DNA from: Takakia lepidozioides
Lineage: Eukaryota > Plantae > Bryophyta
NCBI GenBank assembly: GCA_030704615.1
Contig: CM060733.1
Location: 76,322,001 to 76,386,000 of the forward strand
Direction of reading: 5' to 3'
DNA length: 64,000 nucleotides
The position numbers were made by a program, and so were the translations under genes. The stretch's first letter is position 1; each line of letters begins with the position of its first letter. Below are positions 39,560 to 52,361 of the stretch, piece after piece. A model generated the notes under the pieces. The model saw only the letters and a program-made list of their open reading frames with translations, was not told the DNA's origin and searched no databases.

Positions 39560-40402
39560 ACAACACAGCTAGTCACAGCTCGGCACAGCTTGACACAACC
39601 TGTCACAGTACATGGGGAACAGTTATCATTGACAGGAACGACTGTGAGGGAACGACATCTGCAGAGGGAACGTGTTACTTCAGGGATGACGGTTAGTTAG
39701 TTAGGTGGTTAGAACAGCTTGCAGGCAGATAAGGAGAGCGGCAACGGAAAGAGGAGACACTTCACGGGGAGCGCTTCTGGGTCATGGGGAGAGGAGATCA
39801 GGTGGAGAGCAAGAACGAGAGCACAGAGAAGGAGAAAAGATGAACAGTAGATGCTTATTACATGCAGAGCTGTAGTGATACTGTAGGGCGGATTAGAGTC
39901 ACCATGGCATTGGCCTGATACCCGATAAATCATAATCTGATACTTATTCGATACAATCACACTGTGTAGAGAGACATGAGTGAAGCTGTGAAATGAATGC
40001 ATGATTAACTGGAACTAAGTAGATACTGAAGCAATCTGATGCTTCAGTATCAGATAAGGTAAATTGATAACATGAAGGCAAGAAGGAATACAAATGGGAA
40101 GCACAACCATGATTCACTAGCTGTAGGTCATGACTGATAGTATTGAGCGGGCTGAGTGCTTAGAGATATCCAACTCTTCTATCTTGGAGTTTCCACCTCG
40201 GATAACGAAGGGATGGGTGAATAAAAGCCATTCGACATTTGGCGACCATACTGTTAGACTGTGACTGACTGTCTAAACCCCTTAAAGCCTGCGCCTGCCA
40301 CCCCTAAGGCTCATGTTGGTCTTAGTCTGTTTAAAAATTAAGGGTACCTCACAAAACCCGTAAATGTGTTTAAGTCCCAAGCAGCCCCAAGCAGCCCTCT
40401 AA
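39560..40402. repeat. Rearranged fragment of the gypsy 5' region
   Basis: About 39570-40253 is the reverse complement of about 28865-29565; about 40256-40402 is a direct copy of about 29675-29808. Confidence 0.85.
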
Positions 40403-41324
40403 GGCTCATCTCTCTCGAGTGGAGCCTGCACGACCAAGCTCCTTCACGGCTTAGAATCGGAGTGTGCTTATGAAGGGAGAATAGGATGTTGTGGGGTGGA
40501 GTCCCCATAGCTTGGGGTGCCCCTGGCTCGACTATTATGTTAACGAGTGATTGTGTTGTGTGTTCTGTGTTTCTTTGTTATCAGACTTGTGAGTTTAGTT
40601 CTTTAATCACTCAAGAGAGATGAGCTCGTATCTGTGAGTGCCAGATACGAGTTAGTTGTAGCACTTGTGGTTTTTGCTTGAGAATGAGAGAAACCAGGTT
40701 GTTATGCAAGGAGCACCATGGAGCTCTTGGTTGTTAGAAGCGGAGGCGATGTGGGTTACGAGGTGGTAGACCTTGGCAATCGATCTTCAACTTCAGAGAT
40801 GAAAGCACCATGCTGCAGGTAATTCTAGAGCACCTTGATAGTTTCAAATGGTGTACATGCATGAGCAAGCACGATTGGGAGGAGGACCAGTCAAGAGCAT
40901 GTTATAGTGGCTTTGGTGGCAAAACTGAGAACTGGGCTTGGGAATGCGAGCTTTCATTGTGTGAAGGATTGCAAGACCAAGCGAAAGGGTTGATTTGGCT
41001 TGGGGCAAATCAGTGCACTTTGTGGAGTATGTTGAGATTGGGTTTCAATCTCGAGCTTCAACATTGAGAGGGCTCTTGTCATGGCAAGAGCAGGGCTGGA
41101 ACAAGAGCTAAGAGGTGCGGCAAGGCCATGGAATGTGCACCTAGGGTTTCAGAGCTTGGAAGAAGAGCTCTTGCACCACAAGATGAGTGTCTTGTGGCTG
41201 GAAATGTAAGCCTTAGGATTTCAGGAGCTTGGCAAAGGCTGTGGAGTGCTTAGTCTTGTCTTAGAGAGCATCAAGGAGCCAAGGAGCTAAGATAGGGGGC
41301 TGATACCTCTTGTGTGAAGAGGTT

Positions 41325-41670
41325 GCATGTGTGGAGCATGTATTCAGCTCATTGAAGCTTCCATCTTCAAGCTTGGAGGGCAAGCAAGAAAGAGGGAAGG
41401 GTTGACTTCCCTTATGTGAGGGCAATGCATGTGTGGAGCATGCTATCAGCCTGTTAAAGGCTTGTACTTTCAGGTTTGGGAGTGCAAGAAAGGAAGGAAG
41501 GGGTTGGTTTCCCTGTAGGGCATGTGTGGAGCATGCTTTCAGCCTATTGAAGCTTGTATTTTCAGGGTTTGTGGGTGCAAGAAATGAAGCAAATGAGCTG
41601 ATTTTCTTATGGTGAGAGTGGGGCATGTATGGAGCATGCTTTTAGCCCATTGAGGCTCTTGTTTTCAAGC
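41325..41670. repeat. Four degenerate units of about 95-100 bp (GCATGTGTGGAGCATG core)
   Basis: Core at about 41325, 41427, 41520 and 41623. Confidence 0.7.
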
Positions 41671-41804
41671 TTTAGAGAGCTAGAACGGAAGGGCTAGGCC
41701 TGGTTTCCACTTGGGGTGAAAGAAAAGCACTTGTAGGGCCTATGTGAGTTGGGGTTTCAACTTCAAGCTTGAAGGGAGCACAACTCTTGAAGCAGCAGGT
41801 GCAG

Positions 41805-41910
41805 GGGCTGTGACGGGCTGTGATGGGCTGTGACGGACTGTGGCACGCTGTGATGGGCTGTGCCCTGTGGCCTGTGGGGTTGTGACGGACTGTGACGGGC
41901 TGTGATGGGC
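41805..41910. repeat. 10-bp retrotransposon-type tandem repeat abutting the decayed LRR tail
   Basis: (GGGCTGTGAY)n joined directly to LRR-coding sequence. Confidence 0.8.
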
Positions 41911-42280
41911 AAGATTACCAATGGAGTCTGGCAAGCCTTTGAGGCTGTACAATTCATGAGCCATGGTTTTTGGAGATGACTCAATGTTTCGATGGATTCA
42001 AGCAAGCTCTCCAAGCTGGTGCAAGAAGAGAGATCCAAGTGTTCGATCTCTTTCAACAGCCCTAAACACTCAGGCAAGGCTTGGATATTGGAGCAACCCT
42101 CAAGGTAAATAAATCTTAATTTTACAAAATCACCAATGGAGTCTGGCAGGCCTTTGAGTGTTGTACAATTCTTGAGCCACAGATTTTGGAGATGAATCAA
42201 TGTCCAATGGAATCAGACAACCTCTCCAAGCTGGTACAAGACTCTAGGCCCAACGTTTTGAGCTCCTTCAATAGCCCCAG

Positions 42281-45200
42281 CTAGTCAGGCAAGGCTTGTA
42301 TGTTGGAACAACCCTCAAGGCTGAGGACTTTTAACTTTGCAAGATTACCAATGGAGTCTGGTAGGCCTTTGAGTGCTATACAATTCTCGAGCCCTAGATT
42401 TTGGAGATGAGTCAATGCTCCGATGGAATCAGGCAACCTCTCCAAGCTGGTACAAGACTCTAGGTCCAACTCTTCAAGCTCTTTCAACAGCCCCAAACAA
42501 TCAGGCACGACTTGTATGTTGGAACAACCCCGAAGATTCAGGATTTTTAACAATGCAAGATTACCAATGGAGTCTGGCAGGCCTTTGAGTGTTGTACAAT
42601 TCATGAGCCGCAGTTGTTGGAGATGAATCAATGCTTCGATGGATTCAGGCAAGCTCTCCAAGCTGGTGCAAGAAGAGAGATCCAACTCTTCGAGCTCTTT
42701 CCACAGCCCCAAACAATCAAGCACGGCTTGTATGTTGCAGAGACAACCCTCAAGGCTGAGGACTCTTAACTTTGCAAGATTACCAATGGAGTCTGGGAGA
42801 CATTTGAGTGCTGTACAATTCTTGAGCCACAATTTCTGGAGATGAATCAATTCTCCGATGGAATCAGGCAACCTCTCCAAGCTGGTACAAGACTCTAGGT
42901 CCAACTCTTCAAGCTCTTTCAACAGCCCCAAACAATCAGGCACGACTTGTATGTTCGAACAACCCCGAAGATTCAGGATTTTTAAAAATGCAAGATTACC
43001 AATGGAGTTTGGCAGGCCTTTGAGTGTTGTACAATTCATGAGCCACAGTTGTTGGAGATGAATCAATGTTCCGATGGATTCAGGCAAGCTCTCCAAGCTG
43101 GTGCAAGAAGAGAGATCCAACTCTTCGAGCTCTTTCCACAGCCCCAAACAATCAAGCACGGCTTGTATGTTGCAAGAACAACCCTCAAGGCTGAGGACTC
43201 TTAACTTTGCAAGATTACCAATGGCGTCTGGGAGGCATTTGAGTGCTGTACAATTCTGGAGCCACAATTTCTGGAGATGAATCAATTCTCCAATGGAATC
43301 AGGCAACCTCTTCAAGCTGGTACAAGACTCTAGGTCCAACTCTTCGAGCTCTTTCAACAGCCCCAAACAATCAGGCACGACTTGTATGTTGGAACAACTC
43401 CGAAGATTCAGGATTTTTAACAATGCAAGATTACCAATGGAGTCTGGCAGGCCTTTGAGTGTTGTACAATTCATGAGCCGCAGTTGTTGGAGATGAATCA
43501 ATGATCCGATGGATTTAGGCAAGCTCTCCAAGCTGGTGCAAGAAGAGAGATCCAACTCTTCGAGCTCTTTCCACAGGCCCAAACATTGAGGCACGACTTG
43601 TATGTTGGAACAACCCTCAAGGTTGAGGACTCTTAATTTTGCAAGATTACCAATGGAGTCTGGGAGGCATTTGAGTGCTGTACAATTCTTGAGCCACAAT
43701 TTCTGGAGATGAATCAATTCTCCGATGGAATCAGGTAACCTCTCCAAGCTGGTACAAGATTCTAGGTCCAACTCTTCGAGCTCTTTCAACAGCCCCAAAC
43801 AATCAGACACAACTTGTATGTTGGAACAATCCTGAAGATTGATGATTTGTAACAATGCAAGATTACCAATGGAGTCTGGCAGGCCTTTGAGTGTTGTACA
43901 ATTCATGAGCCGCAGTTGTTGGAGATGAATCAATGTTCCGATGGATTCAGGCAAGCTCTCCAAGCTAGTGCAAGAAGAGAGATCCAACTCTTCGAGCTCT
44001 TTCAACAGCCCCAAACATTGAGGCACGACTTGTATGTTGGAACAACCCCCAAGGTTGAGGACTCTTAATTTTGCAAGATTACCAATGGAGTCTGGTAGGC
44101 CTTTGAGTGCTATACAATTCTCGAGCCACAGAATTTGGAGACGAATCAATTCTCCGATGGAATCAGGCAGGCTTTTGAGTGCTACACAATTCTCGAGCCA
44201 CAGAAATTCGAGATGAATCAATTCTCCGATGGAATCAGGCAACCTCTCCAAGCTGAAACAAGACTCTAGGTCCAAGTGTTTGAGCTCTTTCAACAGCCCC
44301 AAACAATCAGGCAAGACTTGTATGTTGTAACAATCATCAAGGTTGAGGACTTTTAACTTTACAAGATTACCAATGGAGTCTGGGAGGCCTTTGAATGCTG
44401 TACAATTCTTGAGCCACAATTTCTGGAGATGAATCAATGTTCCGATGGATTCAGGCAAGCTCTCCAAGTTGGTGCAAGAAGAGAGATCCAACTCTTCGAG
44501 CTCTTTCCACAGCCCCAAATAATCAAGCACGGCTTGTATGTTATAGGAACAACCCCCAAGGCTGAGGACTTTTAACTTTGCAAGATTACCAATGGAGTCT
44601 GGCAAGCCTTTGAGTGCTGTACAATTCCTGAGCCACAGTTTTTGGAGATGAATCAATGTTCCGATGGAATCAGGCAACCTCTCCAAGCTGGTACAAGACT
44701 CTAGGTCCAACTCTTCGAGCTCTTTCAACAACCCCAAATAATCAGGCACGACTTGTATGTTGGAACAACCCTCAAGGTTGAGGACTTTTAATTTTGCAAG
44801 ATTACCAATGGAGTCTTGTAGGCCTTTGAGTGCTATACAATTCTCGAGCCCTAGATTTTGGAGATGAATCAATGCTCCGATGGAATCAGGCAACCTCTCC
44901 AAGCTGGTACAAGACTCTAGGTCCAACTCTTCGAGCTCTTTCAACAGCCCCAAACAATCAGGCACGACTTGTATGTTGGAACAACCCCGAAGATTCAGGA
45001 TTTTTAACAATGCAAGATTACCAATGGAGTCTGGCAGGCCTTTGAGTGTTGTACAATTCATGAGCCGCAGTTGTTGGAGATGAATCAATGATCCGATGGA
45101 TTCAGGCAAGCTCTCCAAGCTGGTGCAAGAAGAGAGATCCAACTCTTCGAGCTCTTTCCACAGCCCCAAACAATCAAGCACGGCTTGTATGTTGCAGGAA

Positions 45201-48200
45201 CAACCCTCAAGGCTGAGGACTTTTAACTTTGCAAGATTACCAATGGAGTTTGGTAGGCCTTTGAGTGCTGTACAATGCTTGACAATCATCTTTTGAAGCA
45301 TCGTTAGCTCTCCAATTGAATGTGGAAGCATTTCAAGTCTTGAACAACTAGATATTTCTATCTCCTCCACTTTTTTCATATGAGCCAAAGTGTGTGTTGG
45401 ACCCTTCAAGACAATATCACCAAAATTTATTACTATCCGCACCTAGTTTTACTCAAAATAATAGATATTGATCCCAACTCATTTTTACAACACAACATTT
45501 CAAAGAAGCATACAATCTAAAGTCTACATTTAATGTAATATATGATATTCAATTTAGATAACATGTACCTGATTATTATGATCTTCCTCCCACAACTTTT
45601 GGATGGTACTATCTCGCACATGAAGCACGCGCAAATTGTTTGCAAAAAAAAGCCCGTGAGGCAAGTAGTCGGATCGCAAATCACACATGCGAAACCATGT
45701 CAAACTCTTTGGTAAAGTAATGGAAGATTCGCATGTGAAATCATGTAAGAAAAGTATTCTTAGCTTTTTCATGGTCTGAAAGCTCTCCATAGCCAATCTT
45801 TTGGAATCTCTGTCCACATTCTCCAAATTTAGTGAAAGCACTTGGACCTTGGATTTGATCTGGACAACACCACAACATACATTCTTGTATTCAACAGATA
45901 ACAACATTCATGACATCTTCAAATAGAAATTCCAATCATATGGCATCTATGAAAAAAATTGAACGTGCATTACATTTTGTGTTTCTCTTGTACAATGAAT
46001 GTCCATCAAGTTGTTGATTTACAGTCAAGCCTTGAAGTTGTGCAGCTTCCAAAATGTGTTAACACTTGGAACAATCAGTTCGCCCCCTCTTCACCCATCA
46101 ATCAAATATTTGAGTCTTGACTTGCATCGTACAAACTTTAACAACAATGGAATAGACAGTTCGATTTTTATGAAATCACCTCATTTTCACTCAGGTCTGT
46201 TGCTTCGTCTTGAGGTACCCAAAAGCCACTCCACCTCTCAAGCAAACCATGCTCTATCGTCACGATGTGTCGACCCATGTCTCGTAGATGATCATGCATC
46301 AAGAATCTGCGTTCATGGTCCAACTTCACCAATGCCTTATCAATGAGATTTTGAAGTCCAATCACTGCAGACCACCCAGATCCTTTCCAGGCTCGTTTAG
46401 CTATCTCACTTGATTCCCCAAGGAGCACGCAAGCAATGTCAAGGAACATTTTTTTATGATTTTCCTCGAGAGCATCAAAGCTTATTCGCAAGATCTCATA
46501 TAGTTTTTTGTTCTCTGGGAGATAAGATTGTTTCTTCAACTTCTCAAGGACTTCTTCCCAAATGTCTCTGTTCTCCTGTCCACTCAATGATGCGCCAATT
46601 ATCTCCAAAATTAACGGAAGCCCACCACAAGCTTTCACAACATCAGTTGCAAGCTTTTCAAAATGTTCTTTTGGGTTCGAATTCGAAAAGGCATGCAAAT
46701 TGAACAACTTCTTCGAATCTTCCTCACAAAGACCCTCGACATTGTAAAGACCACCAAGTTTTGACATCAATTGCTTGTCACGTGATGTCATCACACAACA
46801 ACTCCCATCTCCTAGTTCTCCAAACATCTCTGCATCGAACAATAGAGCATCCATTTGAGACTGATCATCAACGTCATCCAACACAATCAAAACCTTCTTC
46901 CCACGTAGACGCGCCTTCAATATTTCTTTTCCTCGATATACGCAATTCATCCTTAAATCTGTATTTTTGCATATGTCATCGTGCAATTGCTTTTGCATGT
47001 TGGTGACCCCATCAGGCTGCTTAGCTCTCTCCTTGATGTCTGCCACAAAACTAGCCGCCTCAAAACCCGTAAAAATAATATTGTATATTTCTTTTGCTAA
47101 TGTCGTCTTGCCCACTCCACCTGTGCCCCATATGCCAAATGTCCTAACTCCTGGACCAAGCTGCAGACTTTGGATTACAATTTTTGCTCTTTCCTCAAGC
47201 CCGACAGGGTGTTTGGCAGTTCCAAATGGTAATATGTTCAAAACTTCTTCAACTTTCTTCACGACTTTCTTCAGCACACTCACTTCAGACCTGCACATCA
47301 AGGGTATTGATAAGGCTACATAAGGCTGTGCCCCATAAGCATCTCATCAAGAATTGCTTCTAAGAATCAGTAATTTTCAATCAGTTATCCAAAGTCACAA
47401 GCAAGCTTCCAAAGAGCTCCAACATCTACACCACAATCAGCACCACACTTTGTGATCTAAGAGTGCAACAAACAACTTTTTATGCAAAGCTCATAGTGCC
47501 AAGGGGCTTTGCCATTAAAGTGATGTTGATCCACTAAAAGATCTCGTCAGAAAACAAACAATTACAACTATCATAAAATTTATATGAAATATCCTAAATC
47601 ATATAATTAAAGTCCCACTTCTACATTTGCATGCGCGATTCTTTCCTATTAGATAAAAAGAATGAGGAAATAGAGAGTGGGCTGTAATATCTTTACGAAT
47701 ATGGAGATATATCCTTACTTACAATTAAAGGAAGCCAAATAAGAAGCATTGAGCAGATCTGATCTAAGGTTATTATAGAGGAATTTTCAGATGAGCAAAC
47801 AAAAAACAATTAGAGAAACAGCAACAAAAAAGTAATAGAAAAAGAAAAAGAAAAGAAAAAAAGAAGCATGTATAAAAGACGCCGACCATAACAAAACAAT
47901 GAACATGGATTCATATGAACACTGAACTAAGAATTGTAGTATATAGACTTGGTGACTGCCTCTCACACATCCATGGACCAAGCAAAAAATGAAGACGTAT
48001 GGAAGTATCAGGCCACCATCATTTTCTCTCCAAGAGAAAGTAAGTGCAATGACCTGATGGTACAAGAACGCATGACAAATCCTTAAAACCGACAAGAGAA
48101 GAAAACGATATCCCCATGCAGCCCCTCGTTGTTGACAAAGGCCTCCACAACTTCAAGGGTAGAGTCATAAAAGGAAGACAGCAAGGTAGTAGCAATTGGG

Positions 48201-48776
48201 AAATGAATGCTTATAAAAGTCAAAATTATGAAAGAGACGTGTTCTCAGGAGTGGGAGGGAGGTGGGAAATCAAGTAAATCATCATCATGCCAAATATACA
48301 GGAGTAAGCAAGCAAACTTTGCACACCCTACCCATCTGCAAGTTCCACTCCCATGCGATGTGATGCTAGAGTGAGTGCTTCCTTCCACTTTGTCACTTCT
48401 TCATCAGTGTGCCGCCGTCTTAGTTTCTCAAGACCAGCCCTTAGACAACCATTATCTGGCCAACGTACATCACTGGGTGTCACATCATTGGAGATGGGCA
48501 AGATGACATTGTCACGGCTTTTCAACATGAGGCATAGCTCATCCAGGCACCACTTGGACTCCGTATAACCCTTACTGAACACCGGTATGCAGATACGAGC
48601 ACTGCAGATAGCATGATTGATGGACTCCGATGGACTCTCTCCCAAACCAATATCTTTGGCGTCGAGGAACGGTTTAAACCCAGCAGTGCGCAGCGCCTCA
48701 TCCAAGTGGCCCACGAAAGTCTTCTTTACGTCCGGCCCTCTATGACTGATAAACACATCATACCTCTCCACGGGAC
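42281..48776 (-). CDS. TIR-NB-ARC-LRR (TNL) immune receptor; exons 48776-48332, 47290-46180, 45859-45569, 45442-42281; start exon further upstream
   Basis: TIR YDVFISHRGPD..SKWCLDEL (catalytic Glu present); P-loop GTGGVGKTT; VLIVLDDVD; GLPL; MHD; about 43 24-aa LRRs; phase-compatible GT-AG introns. Confidence 0.92.
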
Positions 48777-49029
48777 CTGCACATAGAAGAACAGAAACTT
48801 TTCCTGCACAAAGTGAATGCCTAAGAGGATGAGGTTGACTTGCAAAAGGGTCAGTTTAATCTGACCTTAACTCAAGGGGATTTTCCAGCAGCCATGACAA
48901 GAAAACAATGCCCAAGTAAATGCCCATGCCTGAGCATACAAACCAAAAAATGGTGAGGCTCCTGGGGCTGAGCGAAAAGGTATTTACCAAGCCACCAGTT
49001 CCCTCACCCCTGACTCTCTTTCTATCTTT

Positions 49030-50292
49030 CATACCTCAGATTCGTACCAATTGTGACACTATTTAGGTGTGTGACTCTTAGTGCACATCACCTGCGGACT
49101 CACATGTACCGATCAACACCAGTATTGTAATACCAGTGTTAGACCTTCAAGCTGGCGTCCATGGACTTCTAAAACAGATTAAACTTTTCTCATCTCCAGC
49201 AGGTAACTCCCACTTTCAGTCGTGCACCCAGCTTACTCACCTACGTCGTTTCTTCCAGTTCTCTTGCATTCCCATGTCATCATGTTTACCACGGATAGTT
49301 CCTAAACTTAACACCAGAACAGTGCTTCTTCATTCAGATCGGGTCTGGTGCGAACTACTCCCCATACTTCAAACAAGTTGGCGCAAGGTGAGAAGGACTT
49401 ATGCTCATCAAGTCCCGCCAAATTTCCACCACTTCTGGGAGGTGCGGAATGTTCACAAAAGAAGCTCGCGGCGGTGGGCTATCGTCTGATAACCCCTACT
49501 AATTGTCAATCCCACCCAAGGAGGCCAGCGGAGTAGCTCTCTCAATGGAGGAAAGAAAGCTGACAGCGTTACCTCTGGGGGTTCGGTTGCCGCGGTTGAT
49601 ATCCACTGAGTCATCCTCGGATCCACTGGATTTCGACCAGAGAGGAGGCAGCCACTGCACGGCACAGCGAACATAGCAGACACCAACAATCGCAAGCGCC
49701 GCCCAGGTAGCCCATCCTACATTTTGACTCTTCCACTGTACGCTCCAATTCATGTTCACCCTCGATCGGCTTCCGATGCAGCACCACCCTTCATCCACCA
49801 CAAGCTGCATGCCATGCCATGACTTCACACTCTCAAGAACCCACTACCTCTTTCAGAATATGAAATCCCAACAGACATCAATACATGTGGGAAAGACCTC
49901 ACACGCATGTACAAGCATCCAATGGCGTTGTGCGGCATAGTGAGGAGACGATGCAGGGCGTCCATGGCAGCAAGCACGCAAGAAGAAGCAAGTAGCACTG
50001 AAGACACAGGATCGCAGTGAGGATCAGAAGGACCCAACACGACTGCCTCGCTCCCTCTCTCTTCCCAGTGTTCATCCAGAAATATGGATGAACAATCCGC
50101 TCATGGATGTTCGTTAACCTTCCCGTTAAACATAAAGCACTTGCCCAGTGGTTGGGTGTTTGTGCCTTGCCTGTGCATAACGTGGGTGATAGCAACATGT
50201 GCCTTCAGACCGTCCATTGGGCCCGATGGCCTGTGTGTTGAGCAAAGGCTCAGTAAATTCACTTGACGTTAAAGAAACTTTATCTTTATCTT
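49030..50292 (+). mobile_element. 5'-truncated, decayed L1-like LINE with (TTTATC)n tail
   Basis: Traces of YLG, KLAS/WTSK..SPAG, F.GG..KK..V, and a zf-RVT-like RLP..C..C...H.LF; candidate TSD TATCTTT (49023-49029, 50293-50299); second copy of the 3' end at 6798-6956. Confidence 0.65.
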
Positions 50293-50460
50293 TATCTTTG
50301 TTATTATCTGCTCCCCAAGAGTAGATTGGCTGGCTTGGGGCACTACCAGACTTTCTTCTTTTCAACAAAAGCTGGAAGAACACACAAAAAAAGCTAGCAG
50401 TGAGTAGAGAATGAAAAGAAGCGCATGGTCGAAAAGATAGAATGAAAAGAAGCGCTTGGT

Positions 50461-50660
50461 CGAAAAGATTCGGAAGGTGGAAGGAAATCTTTCACATGCT
50501 TTATGCAAGGGAAGGTCCCACACAAGGGCAGTGCCCGAAAATCGAGGAATGCCCCACAGGTCCGAAAAGATTCTGAAGGTGGAAGGAAATCTTTCACATG
50601 CTTTATGCAAGGGAAGGTCCCACACAAGGGCGGTGCCCAAAAATCGAGGAATGCCCCACA
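50461..50660. repeat. 102-bp tandem duplication
   Basis: Units begin at 50461 and 50563, near identical. Confidence 0.9.
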
Positions 50661-51171
50661 CCATGGGCCTGGAGTGGTGCAATTAAGTCGCCCCAGCTCT
50701 CCTCACAGAAATTACATATCCACAATTGTGGGTATCTGAACATGCTCTCCTGGTCTTTTTCCATGTCCAAAGTACTCTGATAAGCACTGCACCACTGCTC
50801 AATTGACTCATTGCACCGAATCTCTTGTTGCTGTGTACATGAATCCATTGAATTGTGTATATATTTACATTTGACGCCTCTCGATTGATCGAAAAAAATG
50901 GAGACCGATAAATGTTCGTATCACTATTTTTTTTTATGGATTACCGGGCACGTGGAACGAAGTGTGTGATGATGTGGCTTATCTCAGTGCATTCTGGAGT
51001 TATTAGCATCGCAGACGATGGGATGATGGCGTTGCTGTAATAAGGTATCCATGTGGGGAATTAATGACGAAGATGCGAAGGAGTATCTCACCCAACATCC
51101 TTTGAGTTCGATGTTATCAAATTTCGCTGTTTGTTATTTCTATTCTCTTGTGTTGCAAATCCACTGATTTT

Positions 51172-51397
51172 TGTTTGTTTTCAAACTTTGCTAGTATGTT
51201 TTACATACCATCTGAGAGGTCGTGGACAAGTTTGGGATCAACCAAAATTGATGGAAAGGGCGAACGAATGGTTCCCCATCCAAATGATTTTTTCTTGTTT
51301 TCAAACTTTGCCAGTATGTTCTACATACCATCCGACAGGTCGTGCACAAGTATGGGGTCGACCAAAATTGATTGAAAGGATTCCCCATCCAAATGAT
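51172..51397. repeat. About 120-bp tandem duplication
   Basis: TTGTTTTCAAACTTTGC..CCCCATCCAAATGATT twice. Confidence 0.85.
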
Positions 51398-51714
51398 TAT
51401 TTGTTGTGTGTGTTATCAAGCCACGACTCCATTTTGCAGAAGGGCACAACATCAAATCTTCGAGTTGGATTCTATTTCATTTCAACGATCGTGAGTTCCG
51501 TATCTTGATGCGCCTGCATGGTCGCCTCAGCAAGCCATCACCTGGCCGGTCAGCTTCGTCCTCGCTGTCCCCGTCGTGGCAAAAAAAAAAGGTAAAAGTA
51601 AAAAAATAAATACAAATTACCGCGATGAATGTCTTCTTATGGACGCGACGTGATGATCGTCACGTCTTGATGTGACACCAACACTGACGTGTTACTGTGG
51701 TGTCACGTCCATAC

Positions 51715-52358
51715 CTGCAATCGGGGGGAAGACCAATATCTTGCAGCATGACATTGAGACTGAGGGACCTCTTGTCAAGCAATTTGCCTATAGGGAGTGT
51801 GAAGGAGAGAACTATTGTGCAAGAGGAAATAAAAAGATGCTTGATGCCGATGTGATTAAGCCTTCCATATCTTCTTGGGCCAGTCCCATAGTCATTGTAG
51901 GAAAGAAGGGTGGAAATACTCGCTTCTATGTAGACTTCTGGCGTCTCAACGCAGTTACCAAGAAAGATGCATATCCCATTTCCAGGATCAATGAGACCCT
52001 TGACATGTTACATGAAGCCACTGTGTTTTCTTCCTTAGGCTTGGCCTCTGGATTTTGGCAAGTGCCTCTAATTGAGGAAGCAAAAGAAAAAACCTCTTTT
52101 GTTTGTAAGATGGACAAGTACCAGTATGAGACTATGTCTTTTGGTTTGTGCAATGCAACTTCTACCTTCTAGCGCTTGATGGATATTGTCCTTGGAAATT
52201 TGAGGTGGGAGTGTGCATTGATATACATTGATGACATCAATGTATATTCAGCCACCTTTGAAGCACATCTTCTTGACTTGCAACGTGTCTTCAACAGACT
52301 TAGAGCTACAGGGTTAAAGATTAAGCCTAAAAAATGTGAATTGTGTACATTAAACTAG
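51715..52358 (+). pseudogene. Decayed Ty3/gypsy reverse transcriptase fragment
   Basis: SSWASPIVIV.KK..RFYVDFWRLN..DAYPI..FGLCNA..YIDDI; stops and frameshifts. Confidence 0.88.
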
Positions 52359-52361
52359 GGG

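Noticed and set aside
42373-45296. Repeated plus-strand ORFs (MESGNLSKL...)
   Set aside because: Antisense shadows of the LRR repeats.
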